The translations under genes and the position numbers were made by a program. Below, piece after piece: positions 9,509 to 18,597 of a DNA stretch of 64,000 bases (positions are counted from its first letter, which is position 1; the number at the start of each line of letters is the position of its first letter). This DNA is from an uncultured bacterium (GTDB lineage Bacteria; Oederibacteriota; PGYV01; CAWJRG01): assembly GCA_963845185.1 (NCBI GenBank), contig CAWJRG010000009.1, positions 448,001 to 512,000 on the forward strand, in the 5' to 3' direction. The notes beneath the pieces were generated by a model. That model searched no databases, was not told the DNA's origin, and saw only the letters and a program-made list of their open reading frames with translations.

Positions 9509-12500
9509 ATGAACGAAATACTGCCGACAGGGACAATAACCCCGACAAACACAGTTACTCCGACAATAACAATGACATCTACTCTGACACCGACAGGCAC
9601 ACCGACAGTAACAGTTACAAATACTCCTGGCACGGCGCTTATTGTAAATGTTGATTCAGACGAAGATGGCATGCCGGGAAGCGTAACGCCGGGAGCCAAT
9701 ACTTTGAGGCAGTGCATAAACGCCGCAAATGCCCTGGCCGGGCCGGTAACAATAACCTTTGACCCGGTTATTGCAAACACAACAATAACCCTTGGGTCTG
9801 ACCTGCCGGTTATTTACAACACAAATATTACCCTTACTATTGACGGGGGCAGTAACGGCATTGTTGTAAACGGCGCCACTTACAGAATATTCAGCATATT
9901 AACAAGCAACAACATAATAGACAACCTGGCAATGGTGGGCGGCTATTGGGGCGTTGTAATAAGCGGGCAGTCAGGCGCAGCGTCCGGCAACATGATATTC
10001 GGCTGCAATATCGGCGTTGACTGGAACAATAATGCCGTGGCAAACCAGTACGGCGTGGTGCTGGAACAAAACGCAAATGAAAACTATATAGGTCTGAACA
10101 GCGGCTCCGGGCTGGCATACGGCAACATTATATCCGGCAACACATACGACGGAGTGTATATTGACGGCTGCAGCAACAACTGGGTTGTAAATAATTTCAT
10201 TGGCACGGATTCTACAGGCATGACAGCCATTCCGAACGGGTATGACGGAGTGCATCTGGCAAACAGTGCATACAACAATACAATCGGATATTATGACCAG
10301 GGCCTTGGCAATATGGGCAACGTAATATCAGGGAACACGGACGACGGAATTTATATTGAGAACGGCGCTGAAAATACAGGAGTGTTTGCGAATGTCATAG
10401 GCGGAAACGCCGGAGTTTTAGCGGGAAACAGCGCTACGGCAGGAGCAATGGCAAACGGGTACAACGGAATTGAAATCAGCCAGGTGGACGCAGAGGGCGA
10501 CGGAGCTGATTACACAGGCATAGGAAATTATAACCCGGACACCGGGCTGTATGACCAGCCGGGCAACACGATAATGGCCAATACTTACAGCGGCATATAT
10601 ATTTCAAGTAATTCATCAATGGTTTTTGCAGGAAGCAACTCAATAGGCATAATGTTTGGCAATACGGCAGCCGGAAATGTTCAGACAGGAATAACAATTG
10701 ATACGCCCGCTTATGACAATTATATACAAACAAACCTGATAGGTGGACAGGGTAATAAGGGCTCTGTTGGAATTGAAATTAATGGCACAAACGGTTATAT
10801 ATACCAGAACATCATAGGGCTTAACGGGGCAATGAGCACAGCAGTGCCGAATTTTGCCGGGATATACCTTTATGGCGCGAGCAATGTGCAGATAGGCCAG
10901 CAGGGCAATGCAGGGTCGGCAAACGTGATAGCAGGCAACACGGTCCAGGGCATTTTGATTGACAACGGGTCAACTTATAACGGGATATACGGCAATTACA
11001 TAGGTACGGACACGAACCTTGACAATTTCGGCAACGGACAGGAAGGCATAGCAATAATAAACGGCTCGTCCAATAACCAGATAGGAAGCGGAGTTGGCTC
11101 TGGCGACGAGAACTATATACTTGACAACCTTACGGGCGGAGTAATTATAGGCGCAAGCCCGCTGGACACCGCGGCAGTTGGCAATATGGTGGACTCGAAT
11201 TATATCTCTAACAACAACGGGCTTGGCATAGACCTTGGCAACGACGGCATAACGGTGAACGGCAGCGAACCTGCATCCGGGCCAAATAACTTTGTATATT
11301 ACCCTGCAATAAACAACGCGCAGATGACAGGGCCTACGACCCTGCATGTTGACGGCGACACGAATATCACGGACGGCTCGGATATAGGGGTTATTATAGG
11401 CATATCCGACAACGACGGCCAGCAGGGCACGGACAATTTAAGCCATGGCGAGTGCCTGCATCCTATTGCGTATGTGGATATGATTGGCGGCGGAGGCGGA
11501 GGAGCTTTCAGCGCAGACATAGACACGAGCGCGTTCGGCGACTTAACGGGCAGAATAATTACAAGCTATAACATTAACAACAGCGGTTCGTCTGAATTCT
11601 CGGCAAATGCCGCGGTATTGGCCATGCCAACCTACACATTCACGATAACTCCGACAGAGACAGTAGTAATATCAGAAACAGTGACGCAGACAATAACGCC
11701 TACGCCGACATTTACAATTACTGTAGGCGCGACGCCAATTGCGCCTGCAGGGCTGTCAGTGACACAAAACGGCGCGAACACCACGCTCCAGTGGGGCACT
11801 GCAGGAGACGCGGTTTCATATAATATTTATACTGCGGCAGGGGCAGCGGGCAAGTTTAACACGTTCCCTGGAGCAGGCTGGACGAAGATAGCAACAGCGG
11901 CGCCGACAGCAGGCACAACGACATATACCTACGCGGACGCGTCAGGCAACGCATATATATTCTACCTTGTGACAGCGCAAAACGGCGCTGGCGAGGGCAT
12001 GCCGTCGGCCATGGGAGCAAAAGTAATCATGCAGTTTAATTATATTGCAGGCACGACAAACACATACAGGGTATCGCTGCCGTATGTCTCCAAGTACACA
12101 AAGGCAGGGGATATAGTGACGGACATAGAGGGGTCATTAAGCACAGACGCAAAAATTAACAGGATTGCGTTATGGGATCATATTAACCAGGTATATAACC
12201 CGTACTCATACAAAATGGGCACATGGATAGGGACAAACTGGGCAGTTGACGCAGGCACGTCGTCATCCAACGCGTTTGCCGCGTACACCATGTCGAGTTT
12301 CGCGTGGACAGTGGCAGGGACAGACACAAGCGCAGGGCTTGGTTTTGCGTACAACCCGGCCATAACCAACGGCAATGTAAGGATGCTGCCGTACACAGGG
12401 ACCTACACCAAGGCCTCGGACATAGTGACTGGCATTGAAGGCGGCACAGGGCCGGGGACAAACACAAAAATCAACAGGATAGCGGTATGGGACAGCGTAA

Positions 12501-12649
12501 ACCAGATTTATGTGCCGTATTCATACAAGGCGTCAATGAACGGATGGGTCGGGACAGATTCGCAGATACTGCCGGGCATGGCAGTGGACATATATTTAAG
12601 CGGGAACACAGGGGTGTTTACATGGACCCCGAAACTGGTAACACCATAA
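6680..12649 (+). CDS. Giant secreted surface protein A, C-terminal part (LamG-like modules, Thr-rich linkers, beta-helix domain, Fn3-like domain, duplicated terminal domain)
   Basis: Begins inside a repeated module; no signal peptide; the 3' ~3 kb is highly similar to 43790-47071. Confidence 0.75.
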   Translation: MGESNFIYGDIDNLKIWNCVNEIMPTGTVTPTNTMTQTITGTTTATLTGTITKTLTVTPVVSATVTPTMTYTTTPTITPMCVCVSSQSCFTVEDPGDPSYVPPAYQYNFDNNLNDSFGGLNAVANGNLIFDTGESGNSGDYSVGGFLANSAWLSLCPCQLRQKDCAIEWDEYIDPVQDAILYQGNQYGPTILDAVLGQGLDGNSKGIGVFLDEDGTNPNYASIWMGYDLNSTDQAYLMWVGGMTTAGWYNIRVSWTGATGEGSGWGTTGAVKLVVVQDGVGLVGEEDSPPDAPIYFGQDVGGNYVNIGTSDQSSFIYGDIDNLKIWNCMNEIMPTGTITPTNTITPTVTVTTTATKTNTITKTPTRTTIVSATASPTMTYTVTETVTPMCACVTAQHCFTLENPSDPSYVPPAYQYNFDNNLLDSFGGLNAVGNGPLIYGTGMPGSAIGGFVNGGWLSLCPCQLRQKDCAIEWDEYIDPAYDASHYGSQYGPAILDAVLGQGVGSDSSSKGIGVFLDEDGSNPNYAKIRLGYSLNSDSGIYIMQIGGIAATGWYNIRVSWTGATGEGSGWGTTGAVKLVVVQDGVGLVGEQDSPADQQLYFGTDMANEGVNIGTDMVESNFINGYIDNLKIWNCMNEILPTGTITPTNTVTPTVTGTYTLTLTSTTTQTSTLTPIVSPTSTPTVTYTFTPTATPMCMCVSSQSCFTVEDPGNPSYMPPAYQYNFDNNFNDSFGGLNAVANGNLIFDAGESGNSGDYSVGGFLTNSAWLSLCPCQLRQKDCAIEWDEYIDPAYDAGYYTSQYGPAILDAVLGQGLGGDSKGIAVFLDEDGTNPNNASIRVGYDLNGQGSAYNMWVGGLATAGWYNIRISWTGATGEGSGWGTTGAVKLVVVQDGVGLVGEEDSPPEDLIYFGQDVGGNYVNIGTDGTYSNFIHGDIDNLKIWNCMNEILPTGTITPTNTVTPTITMTSTLTPTGTPTVTVTNTPGTALIVNVDSDEDGMPGSVTPGANTLRQCINAANALAGPVTITFDPVIANTTITLGSDLPVIYNTNITLTIDGGSNGIVVNGATYRIFSILTSNNIIDNLAMVGGYWGVVISGQSGAASGNMIFGCNIGVDWNNNAVANQYGVVLEQNANENYIGLNSGSGLAYGNIISGNTYDGVYIDGCSNNWVVNNFIGTDSTGMTAIPNGYDGVHLANSAYNNTIGYYDQGLGNMGNVISGNTDDGIYIENGAENTGVFANVIGGNAGVLAGNSATAGAMANGYNGIEISQVDAEGDGADYTGIGNYNPDTGLYDQPGNTIMANTYSGIYISSNSSMVFAGSNSIGIMFGNTAAGNVQTGITIDTPAYDNYIQTNLIGGQGNKGSVGIEINGTNGYIYQNIIGLNGAMSTAVPNFAGIYLYGASNVQIGQQGNAGSANVIAGNTVQGILIDNGSTYNGIYGNYIGTDTNLDNFGNGQEGIAIINGSSNNQIGSGVGSGDENYILDNLTGGVIIGASPLDTAAVGNMVDSNYISNNNGLGIDLGNDGITVNGSEPASGPNNFVYYPAINNAQMTGPTTLHVDGDTNITDGSDIGVIIGISDNDGQQGTDNLSHGECLHPIAYVDMIGGGGGGAFSADIDTSAFGDLTGRIITSYNINNSGSSEFSANAAVLAMPTYTFTITPTETVVISETVTQTITPTPTFTITVGATPIAPAGLSVTQNGANTTLQWGTAGDAVSYNIYTAAGAAGKFNTFPGAGWTKIATAAPTAGTTTYTYADASGNAYIFYLVTAQNGAGEGMPSAMGAKVIMQFNYIAGTTNTYRVSLPYVSKYTKAGDIVTDIEGSLSTDAKINRIALWDHINQVYNPYSYKMGTWIGTNWAVDAGTSSSNAFAAYTMSSFAWTVAGTDTSAGLGFAYNPAITNGNVRMLPYTGTYTKASDIVTGIEGGTGPGTNTKINRIAVWDSVNQIYVPYSYKASMNGWVGTDSQILPGMAVDIYLSGNTGVFTWTPKLVTP

Positions 12650-12670
12650 CATGACAACGGAGAGATAATC

Positions 12671-14755
12671 ATGAAAAAGACACTATTATTTTTGCTTATT
12701 GCGGGAATGATTTCAGTAAGCTCGCTATACGCGTCTGAATATTATCTGTACGGGGAGGTGTTTGACGCGTCAGGCAGCTCAGGCACAGCGGCTACGTCAA
12801 ACAGCTTTGGCATGCTGCAGGCATACAGGCTTGGGATAGCCGGGCAGATAGGGCTGCAGAACGAGAACCCCGGGAACCAGATATACGCGGCAAACGGGAC
12901 GTTGCCGGCGTATTATGACACTGACGTTGGAGACGCGCAGTGGACAACGCCGCCGGCAGTGGGTCAGACAGCAATATCGGTCATAGAAGTTTTTAACCCG
13001 CTGTTCGGCTGGACAGGGGACAGCTACGTGGCATGCACGGAAACAGTCATATCAAGTGATGACGTGAATATCAACCAGGAAACAGATTTCAGCAACCTGG
13101 GACTCAGGGTAATACCGACTCCGGCGATAATATCGCAGGACGCAAACCAGATAACAATAGGATTCACAGGCATAGACATGGATTTAATACAGAGTTACAC
13201 GCTGTACAGGGGGACGACGCCTACGTTCACCACTGCTACGGCAACTGCAGTTGCGGTAATACCGCAGAACAGGAATAACGCGATACAGTACACGGACAAC
13301 ACCGGGCTGGTGTACGGGACAACATATTATTACAAGATATTGGTAGATTTCACGTGGGGCGGGGGAGGCGGGGCGCCTGCGTACTACGAGACAAACGCTA
13401 CTTCAGCGGCAAGCGGCCCTGCTGCAATAGCAACATATACCCCGACAGCAAGCGCCACATTGACGCCTACAGCCACATTATTAATATCAGAAACGCCGAC
13501 ATACACCGTGACAGAAACATTTATAGCGTCGGAGACTCCGACATACACTGTTACACCGACAGTGACGGAAGCAGTATCAGGAACTGCGACATCAACGGCC
13601 ACTGCTACAATGACAAATACCCCGGTTTCATCCTGCTGGGACAGCAATACCGTGCACCACTGGAATTGTTATACTACATCGGGCGGCGCGCTGGTGGACG
13701 ACATTGCAGGCGCAAACGCGTCAATAACAGGCACGCTGGCGTTCTCAAGCAGCATAGTCCCGCCGCACGCATGGGCAGTGGGAAGCTGCTCGCCGCAGCT
13801 GAGCGCGAGCAATTATTTTACAATGCCTTCTTCTGTAAACACAGAGCTGGCAGGCATGGGCGCGTTCCAGATAGACTTTGACGTGTACATGCAGGGCTCA
13901 ATAAACCAGTACCAGGGATTTTATTCAAAAGGTACGTATTATGACCCGGACAGGTTTGAAAGCGACATTGACACAAGCTCTGGCAACTGGAGATATTTCA
14001 TAACCAGCCAGGGCGGGCAGGTTACATCCGATGTGTGGGACGCGGGCACACAGGACAGCACGTGGCACCACGTTATAATAAGCTGGGACGGCACGTACTT
14101 CAACGGATACTGGGACGGGATACATTATATAGTAAATGTACCGTCAGGGAATCCGTTCCAGGCAACAGGGGATTTACCGTGGAACTGGGCTGTGGGAGAC
14201 TCGTCTTTCATAAACGGGACCCTGACATTCAAGGGATACATATCCGAGATAACCATATCAAATAAAGACAGGGGCGGAGTTGCTGACGCGCCGGTATGCG
14301 CGTACCCGACATTTACGGCGACTAAAATTACAATACCGACAGCGACAGATACGCCGGTAAATACAGCAACAAGCACGCCGGTGAATACGGCAACAGACAC
14401 GGTGACAGCAACCATAACGCCGACGTCAACCATAACAAGCACGTTCACGGAGACGCCTATGGTGACCGACACGCCTACGCCGCCTGTATCGGCCCAGCCG
14501 TACACTTACCCGCAGCCTGCTGCAAATACGGTAACATTCGCGTATAACCTTACGGCGCCGTCGAGCGTGAAAATATATGTGTACAACCTTATCGGCGTCC
14601 GGGTGGCTGTTTTTGAGCAGAGCGGCAGTCAGGGAATGAATTATCTGCATAACTGCGATATAAGCAAATTCGCGCCGGGGATATATTTTTACCTAATAAA
14701 GGCGCCTGACGCAGGCGTGAAGTTTGCAGTAAATAAATTTGAAGTGGAAAGGTAG
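12671..14755 (+). CDS. Secreted protein with Fn3-like domain, LamG-like domain, Thr/Pro linkers and C-terminal T9SS type A-like sorting domain
   Basis: Signal peptide MKKTLLFLL...SLYA; C-terminus YPQPA...VKIYVYNLIG...DISKFAPGIYFY...KFEVER matches the Por secretion tail pattern. Confidence 0.75.
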   Translation: MKKTLLFLLIAGMISVSSLYASEYYLYGEVFDASGSSGTAATSNSFGMLQAYRLGIAGQIGLQNENPGNQIYAANGTLPAYYDTDVGDAQWTTPPAVGQTAISVIEVFNPLFGWTGDSYVACTETVISSDDVNINQETDFSNLGLRVIPTPAIISQDANQITIGFTGIDMDLIQSYTLYRGTTPTFTTATATAVAVIPQNRNNAIQYTDNTGLVYGTTYYYKILVDFTWGGGGGAPAYYETNATSAASGPAAIATYTPTASATLTPTATLLISETPTYTVTETFIASETPTYTVTPTVTEAVSGTATSTATATMTNTPVSSCWDSNTVHHWNCYTTSGGALVDDIAGANASITGTLAFSSSIVPPHAWAVGSCSPQLSASNYFTMPSSVNTELAGMGAFQIDFDVYMQGSINQYQGFYSKGTYYDPDRFESDIDTSSGNWRYFITSQGGQVTSDVWDAGTQDSTWHHVIISWDGTYFNGYWDGIHYIVNVPSGNPFQATGDLPWNWAVGDSSFINGTLTFKGYISEITISNKDRGGVADAPVCAYPTFTATKITIPTATDTPVNTATSTPVNTATDTVTATITPTSTITSTFTETPMVTDTPTPPVSAQPYTYPQPAANTVTFAYNLTAPSSVKIYVYNLIGVRVAVFEQSGSQGMNYLHNCDISKFAPGIYFYLIKAPDAGVKFAVNKFEVER

Positions 14756-14765
14756 GAGGCAGCCA

Positions 14766-16016
14766 ATGAAAAAAATATTAATCGCAATTGCAATGACGGT
14801 TCTCGCGGCAGCTTCCTCTTTTGCCGCGGTAAATGGCAGCGCTTCAATAATGTTCCCCATGCTTGACATGGGCGTGGGCGCAAGGGCGCTAGGGATGGGC
14901 GGGGCTTACACGGCCGTTGCCGACGACGCCAGCGCCATATACTGGAACGCGGCCGGGCTTGGGAACCTGAAGAACATGCAGCTGGGGCTTACGTACGACA
15001 AGTGGTTTATGGACACCTATTTCAGCCAGATATTGTTCGCATGCCCGCTTTCCCGGGGCACGATTGGCGCGGACATTATTTACCTGAATCTCGGCTCGCT
15101 GCAGGGCAGGGACATTTACGGCGCCCAGACGCAGAACATTTACCCTTATAACATGGGAGGGAGCCTGGCATACGGCATCAACCTGGGCGATATTTCGGCC
15201 GGGCTGACCCTGGAAATGATAAACCAGTCTTCCGGTACGTTTTCCAGCACAGGCATCGGCGGCAATGCAGGGATATTATACAGGACAGGCATCTTTTCCG
15301 CCGGGCTAAATATACAGAATATAGGCGGCATGAACGCAGGCATCGGATACACCCTGCCGATGAACATAAAAGCGGGCATTGCCGTGAAAATACTGGATAC
15401 AATTCAGAACAGCCTGCTTGCCGCGCTTGACACGCAGTATCTTTTTAATGACGCCGATTACCTGAGCGCGGGCGCGGAATATGTTTATGACCAGATGCTC
15501 GCAGTCAGGCTCGGGTACAAAATTGGGTTCGAGCAGACAGGCCTTGATGGCATGACAGGGATAAGCGGTGGCATAGGGTTAAAACTCGCGAATTTCAGCA
15601 TTGATTACGCCATAGTGCCGTACGGGGACCTTGGCACAACCCAGTGGATGATGCTGACATACACGTTCGGCAATCCGCCGGCAGTAAAGCCGGCAGAGAC
15701 AGCCGCGGTGGAAAAGGCACAGGAAACCGCAAAGGCTGCCACGGCCGGGAAAAAGGCCGACCTTGTCAGCGAAGGCATGGAGCTTGAAAAACAGGGCGAT
15801 ATAAAGGCGGCAATAAGCAAATACACGGAAGCAGTTACAGCCGACAAGACAAACGCAGATGCCTGGAAGCACCTCGCAGACGCGTATAAAACCATCGGCG
15901 ACAAAAAGAACGCTGTCGCGTGCTTCGAGGCATATTTGAAGCTCAACCCTTCGGACAAGAAAACAGCGGCGATGCTGAAAAAATACAAAAAACAAAAAGA
16001 ACAGCCCGCACAATAA
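14766..16016 (+). CDS. PorV/PorQ (UPF0164)-family outer-membrane barrel with C-terminal TPR domain
   Basis: LDMGVGARALGMGGAYTAVADDASAIYWNAAGL signature; amphipathic strands ending IDYAIVPYGDLG; TPR ...AWKHLADAY...YLKLNP. Start moved to ATG 14766 after SD GGAGG. Confidence 0.85.
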   Translation: MKKILIAIAMTVLAAASSFAAVNGSASIMFPMLDMGVGARALGMGGAYTAVADDASAIYWNAAGLGNLKNMQLGLTYDKWFMDTYFSQILFACPLSRGTIGADIIYLNLGSLQGRDIYGAQTQNIYPYNMGGSLAYGINLGDISAGLTLEMINQSSGTFSSTGIGGNAGILYRTGIFSAGLNIQNIGGMNAGIGYTLPMNIKAGIAVKILDTIQNSLLAALDTQYLFNDADYLSAGAEYVYDQMLAVRLGYKIGFEQTGLDGMTGISGGIGLKLANFSIDYAIVPYGDLGTTQWMMLTYTFGNPPAVKPAETAAVEKAQETAKAATAGKKADLVSEGMELEKQGDIKAAISKYTEAVTADKTNADAWKHLADAYKTIGDKKNAVACFEAYLKLNPSDKKTAAMLKKYKKQKEQPAQ

Positions 16017-16146
16017 TTCAACCGGCAGGGCGCCGTACCAAGAGCCTGCGCAAGGATAACAGCTGATTTCCCCGGGGGATTAATAACAAAATTATGTTTA
16101 AAAAAGTTTATAATTTCAAATTTTATTATTGTCTGCAAAAAATTTT

Positions 16147-16181
16147 CCCTCTCCCTCGACGGGAGAGGGTAGGGTGAGGGT
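16147..16181. repeat. REP-like palindrome
   Basis: CCCTCTCCC-TCGAC-GGGAGAGGG-TAGGGTGAGGG; same core at 49992 and, with one mismatch, at 52613. Confidence 0.7.
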
Positions 16182-16368
16182 GGAGATTTTAATGTTTTCT
16201 CCGCACCCCTCGCTCTGACTCTTGGGTAGAAAAGCATATTTTGTATTAATAAGATGAATTCTACCCGTTCAACATCCCGCTGGGATATTGAACTCCTCAA
16301 GGGGAGAGAGGAGGTTTGGTTTTGAAATTATGCGTAAATTAAAACAATAGCAAACAACAAACAAAGCA

Positions 16369-16397
16369 TTGAAAGTTTTGGGGAAAAGTTTTATAAT
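16369..16397 (+). promoter_or_regulatory. Sigma70-type promoter of glycosyltransferase cluster
   Basis: TTGAAA-N17-TATAAT about 50 bp upstream of the TTG start, which has SD GGAG. Confidence 0.6.
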
Positions 16398-16448
16398 CCA
16401 TCAATTTCCGGCATTAACCCTGAACCATAAAATTTACGGAGTATAATT

Positions 16449-18593
16449 TTGCCCAAAAACCAGGCCGTCGCTCAAAACAGCCCGAACCCGTTTATATTCA
16501 TGCTTTTCGCCCTCGCAAGCGGGATAACAGGCCAGTACTTTCTATATTTTAACAAACCCGCTGGCACAGGCATGTTTTTCCTTGTACTGGGAGTGATATT
16601 TTTTGTTTACGCTGACAGGAAAAACACTGCGGAAGCAGAGCCTGAAAAACCCAGCCTGAAGCTTGAAATGGCCCTGTTTTTCCTTATCCTCGCGCTGGCT
16701 GTATTTTTCCGGCTTTACAGGATAAACGAAATACCCCCGGGCCTGCATGATGACGAGGCCCAGTTCGGGCTTGACTCAACAGGCATAATGGAAGGCAATC
16801 TCCCAATATTCATACACAACGCGTCAATGTCCCTTTATGCAACTGCGTTTATATTTAAAGTTCTGGGCACAGGCGCGGCGCAGATAAGGATTACCTCGGC
16901 CATACTGGGCATACTTGCCGTACCTGCCCTTTATTTCTTCATCAGGCACGTTTTCGGCGCGAGGATGGCGCTTGCAGGCGCGTTCCTGCTGGCGGTCATG
17001 AGGTGGCACGTCAACTTCAGCAGGATAGGGTACCAGTCGGTATTTGCCGTATTTTTTTTCGTGATTATTTTTTATTTTTTTTACAGGGCTTACAGGTACG
17101 GGAAGCTGCCGGATTTCATGATCCTCGGCATTGCCACCGGCCTTTCCCAGTACACATACCAGGTAGTCAAGCTTATACCAGTGTGGTTTTGCCTGTTTGC
17201 CGTATATATTTTTTTCAGGGACAAGGATTTTTTCAGGAAAAACAAGGAAAACATAGTAATTGCGGCCCTCCTGGCCGTGATAGTTTTCCTGCCGCTGGGC
17301 GCATTCATGCTCAACCACCAGGAGGAATTCTTTGGAAGGCAGAATAAAGTCAGCATATTCAACAGGGACACATTCGACCAGTGGTTCCACGGAAGGACAC
17401 TGGCGCAGGTGGCAGTCAAAAACGTGACAGACACCCTGATGATATTCAACAAAAGGGGCGACTGGAACGGCAGGCATAATATCCCGTGGCAGCCGGAGCT
17501 TGATTTTTTCACGGGCGTTTTCGCGTTTCTGGGTTTCGGATGGGCGCTGTGCAGGCTTTTCAGGCCAATTCCGTTTTTCCTTGTCTCCATGTTTTTCATA
17601 TTCCTTCTGCCCGGTTTTCTTAGCATAGAGGCGCCGCAGAGCCTGAGGACAATCATGGTAATCCCGGCAGTGATTGTTTTTGCAGTCATTTTCATGCACA
17701 GGTTTTTCGCGGCAGCCAGGGCAGCCGGGGATTCAGGAATAATAAAAGGCATATCCCTCGGCTTATTCATAATATTTTTTGCCGCCATAGCGCGTAATAA
17801 CTACAACCTGTATTTTATAAAGCAGGCGGAAAACCCGAACTGCTGGCTGGCTTTTACCACGGACGCCTACAACCTGGCAAAATATTACAAATCCCTCGGC
17901 AGCGGCTGGAGGGCCATAGACTCTTTCCAGTCTGATTCGATAAACACCTTTAACTTTACATACGCAAAAAAAACCGGGAATTATTACGACTGGTTCAACA
18001 TGCAGGACGCGCCCCGGTCAATCCCGATAAAACCCAACGGCAAAATGAATTATGTTTATTTGCTAAACACTGACTATCTGCCGCTCGTTGACTCGGCGCT
18101 TAGAGTGCTTTACCCCGGCGGGAAATTCGTGCCGTTTTACAACAGGTACAGCGCAGGCAGCATGTACTGTTTTGCCTATGAGGTGCCGTACAGCGAGATA
18201 GAAAAGCTGGCTGCCAAAAAATACGAAAACGGGCTCATTATGCGCCATTTTAAGACGCAGGACTGGACAGGAGAGCCGGACTGGGTAAATACAGTGCCTG
18301 TTGCGCTGCTTGGAGTGTCGTACGGAGCGTTTTCATGCGACTGGAGCGGCAGGATAAAGATAGACAAAGCAGGCGATTACACTTTCACTGCCGCCTCAAA
18401 CGGGCATGCAGAGGCTAACATAGACAATAAAAACGTATATAAATTGCCAGGCTCAAAGATTTTTCTCGGCAAAGGCTTTCATGCGCTCAACATACGCTAT
18501 TCCCAGGACAGGGGTTTCGGCAGGATGGAACTGCGCTGGACCCCGCCCGGAGGCGTGAACGCGCTTGTGCCGTGCAATGTGCTTTACCCGTGA
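16449..18593 (+). CDS. GT-C membrane glycosyltransferase (PMT/ArnT-like, GT39/PMT_2) with C-terminal PA14 domain
   Basis: Many TM helices, RLYRINEIPPGLHDDEA acidic loop motif, WHVNFSR; C-terminal FSCDWSGRIKIDKAGDYTF...LRWTPPGG PA14 pattern. Confidence 0.8.
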   Translation: MPKNQAVAQNSPNPFIFMLFALASGITGQYFLYFNKPAGTGMFFLVLGVIFFVYADRKNTAEAEPEKPSLKLEMALFFLILALAVFFRLYRINEIPPGLHDDEAQFGLDSTGIMEGNLPIFIHNASMSLYATAFIFKVLGTGAAQIRITSAILGILAVPALYFFIRHVFGARMALAGAFLLAVMRWHVNFSRIGYQSVFAVFFFVIIFYFFYRAYRYGKLPDFMILGIATGLSQYTYQVVKLIPVWFCLFAVYIFFRDKDFFRKNKENIVIAALLAVIVFLPLGAFMLNHQEEFFGRQNKVSIFNRDTFDQWFHGRTLAQVAVKNVTDTLMIFNKRGDWNGRHNIPWQPELDFFTGVFAFLGFGWALCRLFRPIPFFLVSMFFIFLLPGFLSIEAPQSLRTIMVIPAVIVFAVIFMHRFFAAARAAGDSGIIKGISLGLFIIFFAAIARNNYNLYFIKQAENPNCWLAFTTDAYNLAKYYKSLGSGWRAIDSFQSDSINTFNFTYAKKTGNYYDWFNMQDAPRSIPIKPNGKMNYVYLLNTDYLPLVDSALRVLYPGGKFVPFYNRYSAGSMYCFAYEVPYSEIEKLAAKKYENGLIMRHFKTQDWTGEPDWVNTVPVALLGVSYGAFSCDWSGRIKIDKAGDYTFTAASNGHAEANIDNKNVYKLPGSKIFLGKGFHALNIRYSQDRGFGRMELRWTPPGGVNALVPCNVLYP

Positions 18594-18597
18594 GCTT

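Noticed and set aside
15605..17788. Minus-strand ORFs of 231-291 aa over the PorV-like and glycosyltransferase genes
   Set aside because: They overlap well-supported plus-strand genes and show no recognisable motifs.
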